IMG/VR virus record: IMGVR_UViG_3300027805_000006
From: a virus
Taxonomy: Duplodnaviria; Caudoviricetes
Direction: 5' to 3' (one strand)
DNA: 64,000 bases
Shown here: in pieces, positions 28,638 to 37,689 of the stretch
Position numbering within the stretch: the first letter of the stretch is position 1
Layout of the letters: each line of letters starts with the position of its first letter
The notes under the pieces: model-generated
Databases searched by the model: none
The model's input: the letters and a program-made list of their open reading frames with translations, nothing else
What the model was told of the DNA's origin: nothing
Translations under genes and position numbers: made by a program

Positions 28638-30067
28638 GGACCACCTGGACCGCTTGCTGGGTCAAGCCCGGGATTTTGTGGGCTATAGAAATTTGATGAA
28701 GATTGTGTAGAAACTGCTGGAGTTGTTTGACCTGTTCTGTCTGATAGAATCCCCGACATTGGACGCGCCGTTGCTTGATTCACCTTGCTGAATAGCCCAG
28801 CAGCCTGATCTGCAACTGCTGACTGCACTAAACCACCAGCCGCACTGCTTAGACCGCTCACTGCAGACCCTGCTGCTTGGCGAAGGATTGAGCCCATGAT
28901 TCCATTTCCACCGATCTGCTGTACTGCCTTGTTCACAAGGCTAGAGGTAAGTTGCTGTGCTGCTTTTCCAGCCACACCACCCAAGATATTTGCAAATGGG
29001 TTTGCCCTGCCTGCACTATTTCCTGCACTTGCTGCTTGTGCCCTGGCGGCTGGTGCAGCAGTGCTATTTCCTTGTAGTATATCTGTGGGTGCTCCAGAGC
29101 CAGTTACTCCTTGCTGACCAACAAGTCCTGCCACCGGGAAGTTTAGTGGTGGACCACCATCTCCAGTTACGAGTAACTTATCATGTTTAGTCATCTCCAT
29201 CCAATCATAGTCAAACTGCATGGTCAGAAGGTTAGGATCAGATGATTCGTGCGATAAGTCGTCAAGGTCAAATGATACAAGCCGAGGATTAACATAATCA
29301 TAGAATACCGCTTTTACTGCATTATCTTTTGATCCTGGTGTAGTAGTTGGGTCAATGAAAATCTGTTTGACGCGAATAATGTCAATTGCATTTCCCGCAT
29401 TTGCGTTGAACACCGCACGGTGGGCGATGTCTCCACCACCAGGAAAATTGTTAAAGTCGGAGAATGCCATTCCGTTGCCTTTTTGCCATCCTTCAGGATC
29501 TGGCTTAGCATTTACATTACCATCCCGCTGCATAGATGCGCGAGTAATTGGTGAATAAACCATCAGTAATATTCTAAAGAAATCAAATACATTGTTTCCT
29601 ACGTCATCAAGAAACGTTATAGTGAGTTCGCGGTGCTTTACTTTCTTTAGCGCCTTCGTTCTGAAGTTATACATGTTAACGTCATCTTCATACTCGAAGT
29701 CTACCTTTGGGCGGTCTACCTGCTTTATCATGAAGGTAAAGTCGCTTCTATCCAGCCAAGGTGCGATATCCCTAAGTTGAGGACTAAAGAAAAACTGTAC
29801 CTTGAAAAGAAACTTTAGTTTTGGTCTTGCAGGTGTTCCACCTGCTAAAGATGCAGCATATGACGTTGCATCCCAACTTGAACTTTTTGGCTGTTGTTCT
29901 GGACGAAGCGCTACGCCCGCCGCAGAAGATGTAGGTATCTTTAGTTTACCGCGTACGAAGTCTTCAACTGCACCGCTGAGTTGCTTTTGTGCTTCATTTT
30001 GAAGAGCACCGCTTGCTTGCTTTGCGAGTGATATCCCAGAAGACTTAAGAATATTATCTATTTTCAT
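28634..30067 (-). CDS. Tail-tube-fold baseplate/tube initiator protein (gp48/gp54-like) with a low-complexity tail
   Basis: KFLFKVQF...VDRPKVDFE...ELTITFLDD...LTMQFDYD tube-like pattern. Confidence 0.6.
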   Translation of the reverse strand: MKIDNILKSSGISLAKQASGALQNEAQKQLSGAVEDFVRGKLKIPTSSAAGVALRPEQQPKSSSWDATSYAASLAGGTPARPKLKFLFKVQFFFSPQLRDIAPWLDRSDFTFMIKQVDRPKVDFEYEDDVNMYNFRTKALKKVKHRELTITFLDDVGNNVFDFFRILLMVYSPITRASMQRDGNVNAKPDPEGWQKGNGMAFSDFNNFPGGGDIAHRAVFNANAGNAIDIIRVKQIFIDPTTTPGSKDNAVKAVFYDYVNPRLVSFDLDDLSHESSDPNLLTMQFDYDWMEMTKHDKLLVTGDGGPPLNFPVAGLVGQQGVTGSGAPTDILQGNSTAAPAARAQAASAGNSAGRANPFANILGGVAGKAAQQLTSSLVNKAVQQIGGNGIMGSILRQAAGSAVSGLSSAAGGLVQSAVADQAAGLFSKVNQATARPMSGILSDRTGQTTPAVSTQSSSNFYSPQNPGLDPASGPGGP

Positions 30068-30125
30068 TTAGCAGAGAAACCCAGCAATATGTCTTATTTA
30101 TGATATTTCTGAGTTCAAGGAGTTG

Positions 30126-30334
30126 TCAAATTAAACACATACCTCCAAGACCCTGCTGTATGGCTCTGATGCTTTCAACTAGTGATGTAGTCTCAAATGG
30201 TGGCTTGTTGTCTTCTAAAAAGCTTGAGCCTCCTTCCACTTTTCATTCGAGGGCTTTGTCAATAGGCGGGCGGCCATTCTGTTGATGTGCCCATCAGGCT
30301 TGATTACCAGTTGCAAGAAGGTGCTTTTGTCCAT
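30126..30334 (-). pseudogene. Decayed N-terminal fragment of a homing-endonuclease-like gene
   Basis: MDKSTFLQ...EAQAF, -1 frameshift in the A5 run at 30217-30221, then LEDNK...SLVESIRAIQQGLGGMCLI-TGA (broken CxxC). Confidence 0.45.
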
Positions 30335-30374
30335 AACCTATTCCATAGTCTATAGTTTTATATATCCCTCTGTG

Positions 30375-30401
30375 AAAAAAAGGGGCTCAATGAGCCCCTT
30401 T
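30375..30401 (-). terminator. Rho-independent terminator of the tail tube gene
   Basis: GGGGCTC-att-GAGCCCC followed by T7 on the - strand. Confidence 0.85.
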
Positions 30402-30420
30402 GCCAGATTAGCTTGGAAAA

Positions 30421-31020
30421 TTAGGCGACGGCACCGCCTAATGCAGTTCCGTAACCAGCGCCACTCTCGATATGACGTGCATGATCATATCTGATGTTCA
30501 TCGTGATTGTTGCTGCTTCAGAGGCTGAGTAGTCACGGTCTCCGAAGTCGGCTGATGTTAGCATGCAGCCCTCAAGAATCCATGTCTGTACAATGCCTTC
30601 ATCACCATCAAGTTGCTCAATCTTTGAGCCGAACTTGTAGTTAGAACCAGTTGCTGCGGTATTCAGCCAACGTCCGTCAAGGTCAACACCAATTAGGCGC
30701 TGCTGTGTCTCAAGTTGCCCCTTGACTACAGTTGCTGCTAGCCCAGTAATATCGTCTTCAACTGTTACGCTGATTGGTTCCCAAGTGTGCTTACCTGCAA
30801 CGTACGCTACTGAGTTGTAGCGGTGCAATGCAACTTCTTCAAATGATAAGTTTGGAAGAGTGATGTTGGTTACCTGCATTGACAGGTTCTTTGCGCTGTT
30901 TGCGATGCCTGGAACAAGTTGTCCCATGTTCAGGAAAGTGATACGGAATTTGTTCTTTAAGCGAGGATGGAGAATACCTGCGCCCACGCCAGGAATTCCA
31001 AAGTTTGATAGCGTTGCCAT
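30421..31020 (-). CDS. gp19: Tail tube protein (gp19-like)
   Basis: HPRLKNKFRI...YVAGKHTWEPISVTVEDD...IRYDHA. Confidence 0.85.
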   Translation of the reverse strand: MATLSNFGIPGVGAGILHPRLKNKFRITFLNMGQLVPGIANSAKNLSMQVTNITLPNLSFEEVALHRYNSVAYVAGKHTWEPISVTVEDDITGLAATVVKGQLETQQRLIGVDLDGRWLNTAATGSNYKFGSKIEQLDGDEGIVQTWILEGCMLTSADFGDRDYSASEAATITMNIRYDHARHIESGAGYGTALGGAVA

Positions 31021-31105
31021 ATTATACTCCTTTTAGAAGGGTGTTCAATCTTTATCCTAGATATTTATGTCTAGACAAGTTTTTATGTAATAAAATAAAT
31101 ACTGG

Positions 31106-31113
31106 TATAAATA
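31106..31113 (+). promoter_or_regulatory. T4 late promoter TATAAATA for the Hef-like endonuclease
   Basis: Exact consensus 19 nt upstream of the ATG at 31133. Confidence 0.7.
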
Positions 31114-31132
31114 TTAAATTCATTATCCTATT

Positions 31133-32719
31133 ATGACAAAAAATAGAACTTTAGATGATCACATCAAACTTGGGCACGTTCGGTACATTTCAAAAGATGC
31201 TGAACAGGAACTTATAGAAAGAACGCCTGGTTGTAGTGGTGACAATGCAGAAAGATTATTTTGGCTTTTGAATGGATTGTCTTCATATCCTAAATGTCAA
31301 TCGTGTTCTAACACTTTAACATCTAAACAGTGGCAGCCTTTCTTAAAGAAACTTCACCGTACTGATGAAAACAAAAAGAGTGGTTATCTTCCATTTTGCG
31401 GAAAAAGTTGCGCTTATCTTAATGGGTCAAAAAAGGAAACCTATAAAAAAACCTGTATTGAGCGCTACGGGGTTGAACACCCAATGCTGACAGACGATGT
31501 TGTTGCCAAGATAAAAGCAACTAACATTGACCGCTATGGAGAACCAGCACCTATGCGCTGGTCTGGTCAAAAATTCAAAGATGCTATTAGGCAAAAATAC
31601 AATGTAGAAAATGTGCGGGCAATACCACGGGTGCATGAAGCAACAATTTACGCGAAAGCAAAAACAACTACTGAACTGCTACCTCTAAAAATTATTGAAT
31701 TAGAAAAATTGTTTAACGTAGAATGTCAAACAGATTTATCACAATTTGTTCTTATTCATCGCATGTATGATATTTCATTTTCTTGGAAACACAAGTGTGG
31801 AAGGGTTTATGAAAGCAATATATCTGAGCGTGGAATTCGCCAGTGCCCAAGTTGCTCATCAGGAACATCTAAAGGTGAGCAGGCAGTCATGGACTTTATT
31901 AAGTCTCTTGGCATAGAGGTTGAGCATCGAAACAAGTCAGTGATTGCACCAAAAGAAATTGACATCTGGATACCTGAGCATAAACTCGGTATTGAGTTTG
32001 ACGGTACCTACTGGCACAGCGCTAAGTTCCAAAATGAAAAGCAGAGTTTAGAAAAACTGACCATGATGGAGCAGATTGGCTGTCGTCTAATTACGCTGCA
32101 GGAGCACCTGTGGGTCAATAAGCCTGAGCACGTCAAGAACCGGTTGGCGTCAATTCTAGGTAGAAATAAACGAGTGCAGGGTAGAAAAACAGAGGTACGC
32201 GAGATTGACAAGGAAGCGGCGCGGGAGTTCCTAACTGAGAACCACCTTCAGGGCTATGCACGTTCAACTGTGCAACTTGGTCTGTTTTACAAGGATGAAC
32301 TCATCTCAGTTGCTACCTTCTCAAAGCCAAGGTGGGCAAAAAAGCATGACTGGGAATTAATTCGCATGGCTTCAAAGGCTGGATTAATGGTGCAGGGTGG
32401 ACCATCAAAACTTATATCTGAGTTTAGGAAAAATTATTCTGGAAGTTTAATAAGTTACGCTGATCGGTGCTGGAGCACAGGCAACGTTTATAATCAAGTT
32501 GGTTTTAAGTTTAGCCACTTTACGACTCCCTCCTATTGGTGGATCCACCATATGTTGGGAACATATGCCAGGTACCAGACACAGAAGAAAAAACTTCCAA
32601 GGCTCCTCACAGATCTTAATAAGACGTTTTCTCCAGAACTTTCTGAGGAAGACAATATGCGAATTGCTGGGTTTTTGCCGCTGTATGACCGAGGAAATAG
32701 CGTTTGGATTTTAGCCTAA
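31133..32719 (+). mobile_element. Free-standing Hef-like (DUF559/Vsr-type PD-(D/E)xK) homing endonuclease
   Basis: Zn ribbons (CQSC, FCGKSC, CPSC), ERYGVEHP repeats, EIDIWIPEHKLGIEFDGTYWHS nuclease core, C-terminal YADRCWSTG domain; antisense to the structural operon. Confidence 0.8.
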
Positions 32720-33028
32720 TTCGTTGCTGACGACAAGCGTCTTGACGCCATCTCGCTCTTCTACCTTTAGACGGAGCGTATCTAGTTGCTCATCCGATAG
32801 GTAACTATTCATGCCCCATCTTTTTCCATGCTTCGTGGAAAATAGCCAGTCATTATACTTGTATTCTACTGACGACAACTCACCGTCTTTTATTTGCGTG
32901 TATTTTCCAATAAGTTCAGCAACGTGCACTGGCTTACCAGCATCGAGCCACTTTTTGATTGTTTCGACGGCAAGCCTACCTCGCATGGATACCTTATCGC
33001 TGAAGTCCAGTATTTCCGTCAGAAGCAT
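32711..33028 (-). CDS. Putative internal head protein (family P)
   Basis: Leader MLLTEILD; IKKWLDAGKPVHV...DGVKTLVVS. Confidence 0.65.
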   Translation of the reverse strand: MLLTEILDFSDKVSMRGRLAVETIKKWLDAGKPVHVAELIGKYTQIKDGELSSVEYKYNDWLFSTKHGKRWGMNSYLSDEQLDTLRLKVEERDGVKTLVVSNELG

Positions 33029-33625
33029 TTAAACCTCTTTTTGATTTACCCAAATAGTTTCAAGAGGTTTCTTTACTATGCTTTTTCCTTCAGAAATAAT
33101 TCCAATTTTCATCTGCTTAATCATTTGGGGAGTTATGTCTCTTGAGCGAAGACCACCTCTTAAGAAGAAATGAACAGGTACAGGTGCATCGCCAAGCATG
33201 CGGCGAATAGTACGCATTCTTCCTCTTCCCTCGTGTCCCCTTATTTTTGGCAGTGAAAACAGATCATCTTCATCTTCTGAAAATTGTATTGATAAGAAAG
33301 GAATTCCAACCGCATATCCCTCTTTTATCAGACGTTCAAGTTCTATAGATGTAGGTTCCTGTGCGCCATCATCAGAAAGAGCCAGGCTTAAAAACACTGA
33401 AGGCTTAACCATTGCCACAAAGCCCTCATACCAAACATTTTGATTACTTGGTACTGAACCTAGCCCATCAGAAGCGCTAAAGGTTATATCACCTATTCTG
33501 TAATTTTTTTCCGCGTGGGCTGGTGACCAGGCAGGAGCATCAACAATTTTCTTGGCATAGACCTTTCGGTCTTCTTTATTTTCTCTTACGGATGTAATTC
33601 CAAGAAACTGCTTAAACGTCTTCAT
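33029..33625 (-). CDS. Putative internal head protein with a ParB/Srx-like fold
   Basis: Leader MKTFKQFLG...SVRE; IRGHEGRGR motif. Confidence 0.6.
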   Translation of the reverse strand: MKTFKQFLGITSVRENKEDRKVYAKKIVDAPAWSPAHAEKNYRIGDITFSASDGLGSVPSNQNVWYEGFVAMVKPSVFLSLALSDDGAQEPTSIELERLIKEGYAVGIPFLSIQFSEDEDDLFSLPKIRGHEGRGRMRTIRRMLGDAPVPVHFFLRGGLRSRDITPQMIKQMKIGIISEGKSIVKKPLETIWVNQKEV

Positions 33626-33628
33626 AAC

Positions 33629-33991
33629 TTATTTTTCCTTATGACCAGTAAAAATAAGTTTATTGTGCCCTTTACCATTAACATTAAACAGTATTTTAAA
33701 CTTGTCCACGTCTTCTTCTTTAATTTCCATCTCTCTTTGGCCCGTAAAGTCACCAAAATCCTCGTTCCAGTGATCGTAATAGATAACAACAGGTGTTTGT
33801 ATTTTTCCAGAAGAGTCCGTATATGGATGCCCAACTTCCGCACCACCGACCACTCCGACATAATAGCCATCATCATAGTTGTCAATAAAGATATTCAAAC
33901 CATTGTGCGTATCACTAACACGGTTTATCATTTTTATAAAAAATGCCGCGTCTATCATCTCAGTAATAAACTGTTTAAAGGTTTTTTGCAT
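33629..33991 (-). CDS. Internal head protein with a T4 CTS-like leader (family P)
   Basis: MQKTFKQFITE. Confidence 0.7.
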   Translation of the reverse strand: MQKTFKQFITEMIDAAFFIKMINRVSDTHNGLNIFIDNYDDGYYVGVVGGAEVGHPYTDSSGKIQTPVVIYYDHWNEDFGDFTGQREMEIKEEDVDKFKILFNVNGKGHNKLIFTGHKEK

Positions 33992-33992
33992 T

Positions 33993-34328
33993 TTAATCTT
34001 TCATCAGCAGCGCATTTCTCTTCTTGCCGGTGGGAGATAGTACAGTGCCAAAATAAAGTTTATCAATATCATCTTTGTGAATGGATAAAACCGCTGGAAC
34101 AAATGTGTGTTCATACTCGCTCCACGCTTTGAACTCAATATCTATACCACCGCCAGAATTAACACTAACACCATCATATTCTGGTGATTCAATTTCACCT
34201 TCTTCATAGTTACCATCATTGTAGTAGCCTTGAAGATAAAGAGGGGAAATAGCCTGCTTTTTCCTAATTAACTTTACAAGAAACTCTGAATCCATAAATT
34301 CAAGAAGGAAGTGCTTAAATGTTTTCAT
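33993..34328 (-). CDS. Internal head protein with a T4 CTS-like leader (family P)
   Basis: MKTFKHFLLE. Confidence 0.7.
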   Translation of the reverse strand: MKTFKHFLLEFMDSEFLVKLIRKKQAISPLYLQGYYNDGNYEEGEIESPEYDGVSVNSGGGIDIEFKAWSEYEHTFVPAVLSIHKDDIDKLYFGTVLSPTGKKRNALLMKD

Positions 34329-34668
34329 CTTTAGTAAGTATTAAGGTTTTGACGCCATCAATTGTTTTTACTTTGAGGTTTGGAATTAGGCTTCTGTGAA
34401 TATGGATAATTGGATTATTTTTATCAAAATCATCATCAAAATTCTTCCTATATTCAACAAACAGACCTTCCAAACTTCCCACCCAGACCTTGTTAATAAA
34501 ACCTTTTGCTTGCATAGAAGAATCGTTTGGCAAGTCATATTGAACAAGTGGAAAGTCTTCTGGTGCTATTTTAATGGCAAATTTGCCGCCGGCATCAACT
34601 GACTTCTTTATCATCTTGACAATGAATTCTTTATCGAACTCTAATAGAAATTGCTTGAATGTCATCAT
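34315..34668 (-). CDS. Internal head protein with a T4 CTS-like leader (family P)
   Basis: MMTFKQFLLE. Confidence 0.7.
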   Translation of the reverse strand: MMTFKQFLLEFDKEFIVKMIKKSVDAGGKFAIKIAPEDFPLVQYDLPNDSSMQAKGFINKVWVGSLEGLFVEYRKNFDDDFDKNNPIIHIHRSLIPNLKVKTIDGVKTLILTKDENI

Positions 34669-34731
34669 TTTTGAAAGTAAAGTACAATATATTTACTGAG
34701 AATAGAGACTATTATAACAATTATTCAAGAC

Positions 34732-34758
34732 AAAACGAAAGGGCCCGAAGGCCCTTTC
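34732..34758 (-). terminator. Terminator of the sheath gene with a C(UUCG)G tetraloop
   Basis: GAAAGGGCC-TTCG-GGCCCTTTC-GTTTT on the - strand. Confidence 0.85.
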
Positions 34759-34778
34759 TTAATTAGGTTAGAAATTTA

Positions 34779-36626
34779 TTAGATTTCTGCGCCAGTGTTT
34801 ACAACACGAATTGGGATGTAGATAAATTCTGCTGCCTTTGTTGGTTTGATTGCAACATCTAGATATAGTTCGTTGCGATCAATACGGTCTGGCGTGTTAT
34901 TGCTCTCATCACAGTATGAAGCATAATCCATAAGACCACGCTTGATAAGGATGTCATTCATGATACCATCGGCTGCTGCCTTCAGGTTGTCACGAGTGAT
35001 TTGGTCATTTGGCTCGAACACGAAAGGTAGAGCACCCTTACGAAGGGCTCTGCGTAGGAACATGACCAGCCGTACAACGTTGATGCGGTCCAGAGCAGAT
35101 GCTGCCGGTGCTGACGTCTTCTGACCCCATACAATTAGACCACGACCTGGGAAGAATACGATTGGATTGATGTTCTTGTCGTACTCATACAGGTTGTCGC
35201 GTTGACCTTCATTCAGATTTGACTCGATGAAAGTGGTTGCTGTGCCTGGGGTGCCAGTAAAGTAACCTACCTGTGAAACACCTGTTACGATACCACGCTG
35301 GATACCGGCTGGAGCAAACCATACATATGAAGCGTTATCGCTATATGCAAGTGTCTTAAGTGCTGTTCCTGATGGTGCGCCTAGAACGTTACGTCCATCT
35401 AGGTTAGACATCAGGCACCATGGGTAGTAGTAAGCAGCATTATTGCTGGAGAAGCGGGCTGATGAAAGCGCCCATTGAGCGGCTTGCTCAGGTGTCTTGT
35501 CGCCTGGAACATCAGCAATTACCATTGCCTCTTCTTTGACTGAAGTGCTAAGAGCAAGAAGTTCATCAACTACTTCTGGATAGCCTGGGCAAAGGATTAG
35601 ATTATACTCATACAGTGGTGAGCGAACTTCGGTATTGCTGTTGATTGCAGCCTGAAGAGCAGTTGTAATTGCAACCCGCTTAGCAGCATCATTTGCGCCT
35701 AGAGGAGCAGAGATTGTTACTGGGTTAACATCAATAGTAAATTCATCACCTGCTACGAATGGTGTAGTTCCAGCGATTGCAGTAAAGTTGATTCTATTGT
35801 TGTCAAATGGAGAACCTACAACACCAGAACCTGCAACACCAGAAACTGTACCAGTTACGGAATAGGCTGTTGGCGTTGTGAATGTTACAGTAAAGGTTTC
35901 ATCAATTGCTAGGGTATCAGGGACTAGAGCAACTAGTGTTCCATTTCCCGTGTTTGCAACACCTGGTACTGCAACATATACTAGCGAGAACATGAACTTA
36001 TCACCAATTGCAAAAGGTGTAGAACCATCGTTAACAGTCAAATCAACTACTGTTGAGGTGAATGGAATTCCAACAGCGCCTGCACCAACATAACCAGACA
36101 GTGAGCCTGTTACGGTGAAGGTAGATGGTGATGTGAATGTTACAGAAATTGTCTGTGGCTCAACCACAGAACTTGCACCAGAGATTGAACTAATTGTTCC
36201 ATTTCCAATTCCATTGAATACGATGGAACTAGACTGTGCCTCTGGAGTTCCTAGGCTCATGAATGAACGTGGCTCATCAGACAAGTCAATATTTGCGCGT
36301 ACGACAAATGCACGATTTCCAATGTCAAGGAACTGATTGAGTGCCAATAGACCATACTCATTACGAGCATCACCGTGGAATTCATTATTTGAGGAATCCT
36401 TCCGGAAATGTGGAATACCATACAGTTCAAGTGCTTGTGCTCTTGAGGTAACTGTGCGTACTACTCCAGATTCCAGAGTGCCGGCTGCAGGGGTGACACC
36501 ATTTGGTTGGGTCTTTCCTGCTCTTGTTGCCACGAAGAACAGTGGCAGCGTTGGAGCAGAAACAGGGATAAAAAAGCTCTCATTAACTACTGAGACTGAG
36601 ACGCCTGGTGATACTAGTGTTGGCAT
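34779..36626 (-). CDS. gp18: Tail sheath protein (gp18-like)
   Basis: MPTLVSPGVSV N-terminus; WFAPAGIQRG, SALDRINVVRL, FVFEPND, IKPTKAAEFIYI. Confidence 0.95.
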   Translation of the reverse strand: MPTLVSPGVSVSVVNESFFIPVSAPTLPLFFVATRAGKTQPNGVTPAAGTLESGVVRTVTSRAQALELYGIPHFRKDSSNNEFHGDARNEYGLLALNQFLDIGNRAFVVRANIDLSDEPRSFMSLGTPEAQSSSIVFNGIGNGTISSISGASSVVEPQTISVTFTSPSTFTVTGSLSGYVGAGAVGIPFTSTVVDLTVNDGSTPFAIGDKFMFSLVYVAVPGVANTGNGTLVALVPDTLAIDETFTVTFTTPTAYSVTGTVSGVAGSGVVGSPFDNNRINFTAIAGTTPFVAGDEFTIDVNPVTISAPLGANDAAKRVAITTALQAAINSNTEVRSPLYEYNLILCPGYPEVVDELLALSTSVKEEAMVIADVPGDKTPEQAAQWALSSARFSSNNAAYYYPWCLMSNLDGRNVLGAPSGTALKTLAYSDNASYVWFAPAGIQRGIVTGVSQVGYFTGTPGTATTFIESNLNEGQRDNLYEYDKNINPIVFFPGRGLIVWGQKTSAPAASALDRINVVRLVMFLRRALRKGALPFVFEPNDQITRDNLKAAADGIMNDILIKRGLMDYASYCDESNNTPDRIDRNELYLDVAIKPTKAAEFIYIPIRVVNTGAEI

Positions 36627-36839
36627 ATTTTTCTCCTATCAACGCGTTGAATGCGTTTTGTTTATTTTCTAACAGAGGTATTTACGGGTTTAACCGGTTT
36701 TTCCTTTGGTTTTTAAGTTACTTTGCAACATTCCACTAGGCTAAGACTTTTAATTTTAGCAACAATTTCATCTACTTATGATTTGTGTAAAGTTGCTCTT
36801 AGACCAAACCAATATGCACCCTTATGAAACCATTTTGCT

Positions 36840-37658
36840 TTATACAACTGGTTCTGGTTCTGGTGGAACTGGTCCAATTGGCGGCTTCTGTTCGTAGTTA
36901 GGGCTGCTTGGGTCTGTTGTGTCAATAATCTCCTCAGCCAGCGGTGTATCAAACCTCACAATAGCACCGTCAGCATCCACTTCATTTACTTCCATACTTC
37001 CTAGGTCACCAATTCTAATGAAGATTTTTCTGACAAGGTCATCCTTTACGCCCATTGGAATGCTTAGATAGATGGGCATTTCAAAGGTTAGCGTCCATTG
37101 TACAATTCTTCTATCAGTTGAAGATGGATAATTTTCCTCATTAGCAATATCAGTAAGTTCAACTCGCGTCAATTTTGTCCAGTCAAATGGTCCATCTGAC
37201 TTTTGAATTTGAATATCAGGGTTGAACAGTACTAATACCTGTTCAAGTATCTGGTGCATCTGGTCCATATTTGATGAATAGATGCTTAGTTCAATTGTCG
37301 TATTGTATGGAATAGGCATTGCTCTTTTTACAACAGTCAAGTCATCAGGAAACACGCCGCCTACCGGCATAGTAACTCGCTGGTCTAATAGGCCTGGTGT
37401 TCTTCTTCTCTCTGGTGCTAGTGTAATGCTCTGCATATGAACTGCCATGACTGGCAGGCTGAACGTTCTATTTTGTGTATTGCCTGCCATAACTGCAGAA
37501 ACTACTCGGTCTCGGTGTCCAATCACAATTGGTACTGATATCAACTGCTGTTCATCACAAGAACCTTTACCTGTTTTAACGCACAGCCCATAGAATATGC
37601 TGCAGAACTGCAGCATATATGCTCGTATTTGACTGTTATAGAAGTAATGGTTTATCAT
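36840..37658 (-). CDS. gp15: Tail completion/sheath stabilizer (gp15-like)
   Basis: YFYNSQIRAY...VPIVIG...PIPYN..ELSIYS...QILEQVLVLFNP. Confidence 0.85.
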   Translation of the reverse strand: MINHYFYNSQIRAYMLQFCSIFYGLCVKTGKGSCDEQQLISVPIVIGHRDRVVSAVMAGNTQNRTFSLPVMAVHMQSITLAPERRRTPGLLDQRVTMPVGGVFPDDLTVVKRAMPIPYNTTIELSIYSSNMDQMHQILEQVLVLFNPDIQIQKSDGPFDWTKLTRVELTDIANEENYPSSTDRRIVQWTLTFEMPIYLSIPMGVKDDLVRKIFIRIGDLGSMEVNEVDADGAIVRFDTPLAEEIIDTTDPSSPNYEQKPPIGPVPPEPEPVV

Positions 37659-37689
37659 ACGTATTATTTAAACTGGGTTAGTTGAAACT

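Noticed and set aside
36700-36839. Possible decayed ORF (AKWFHKGAYWFG...*VDEIVAKIK) between gp15 and sheath
   Set aside because: Similarity to the endonuclease repeat is only a few residues, too weak to support a call
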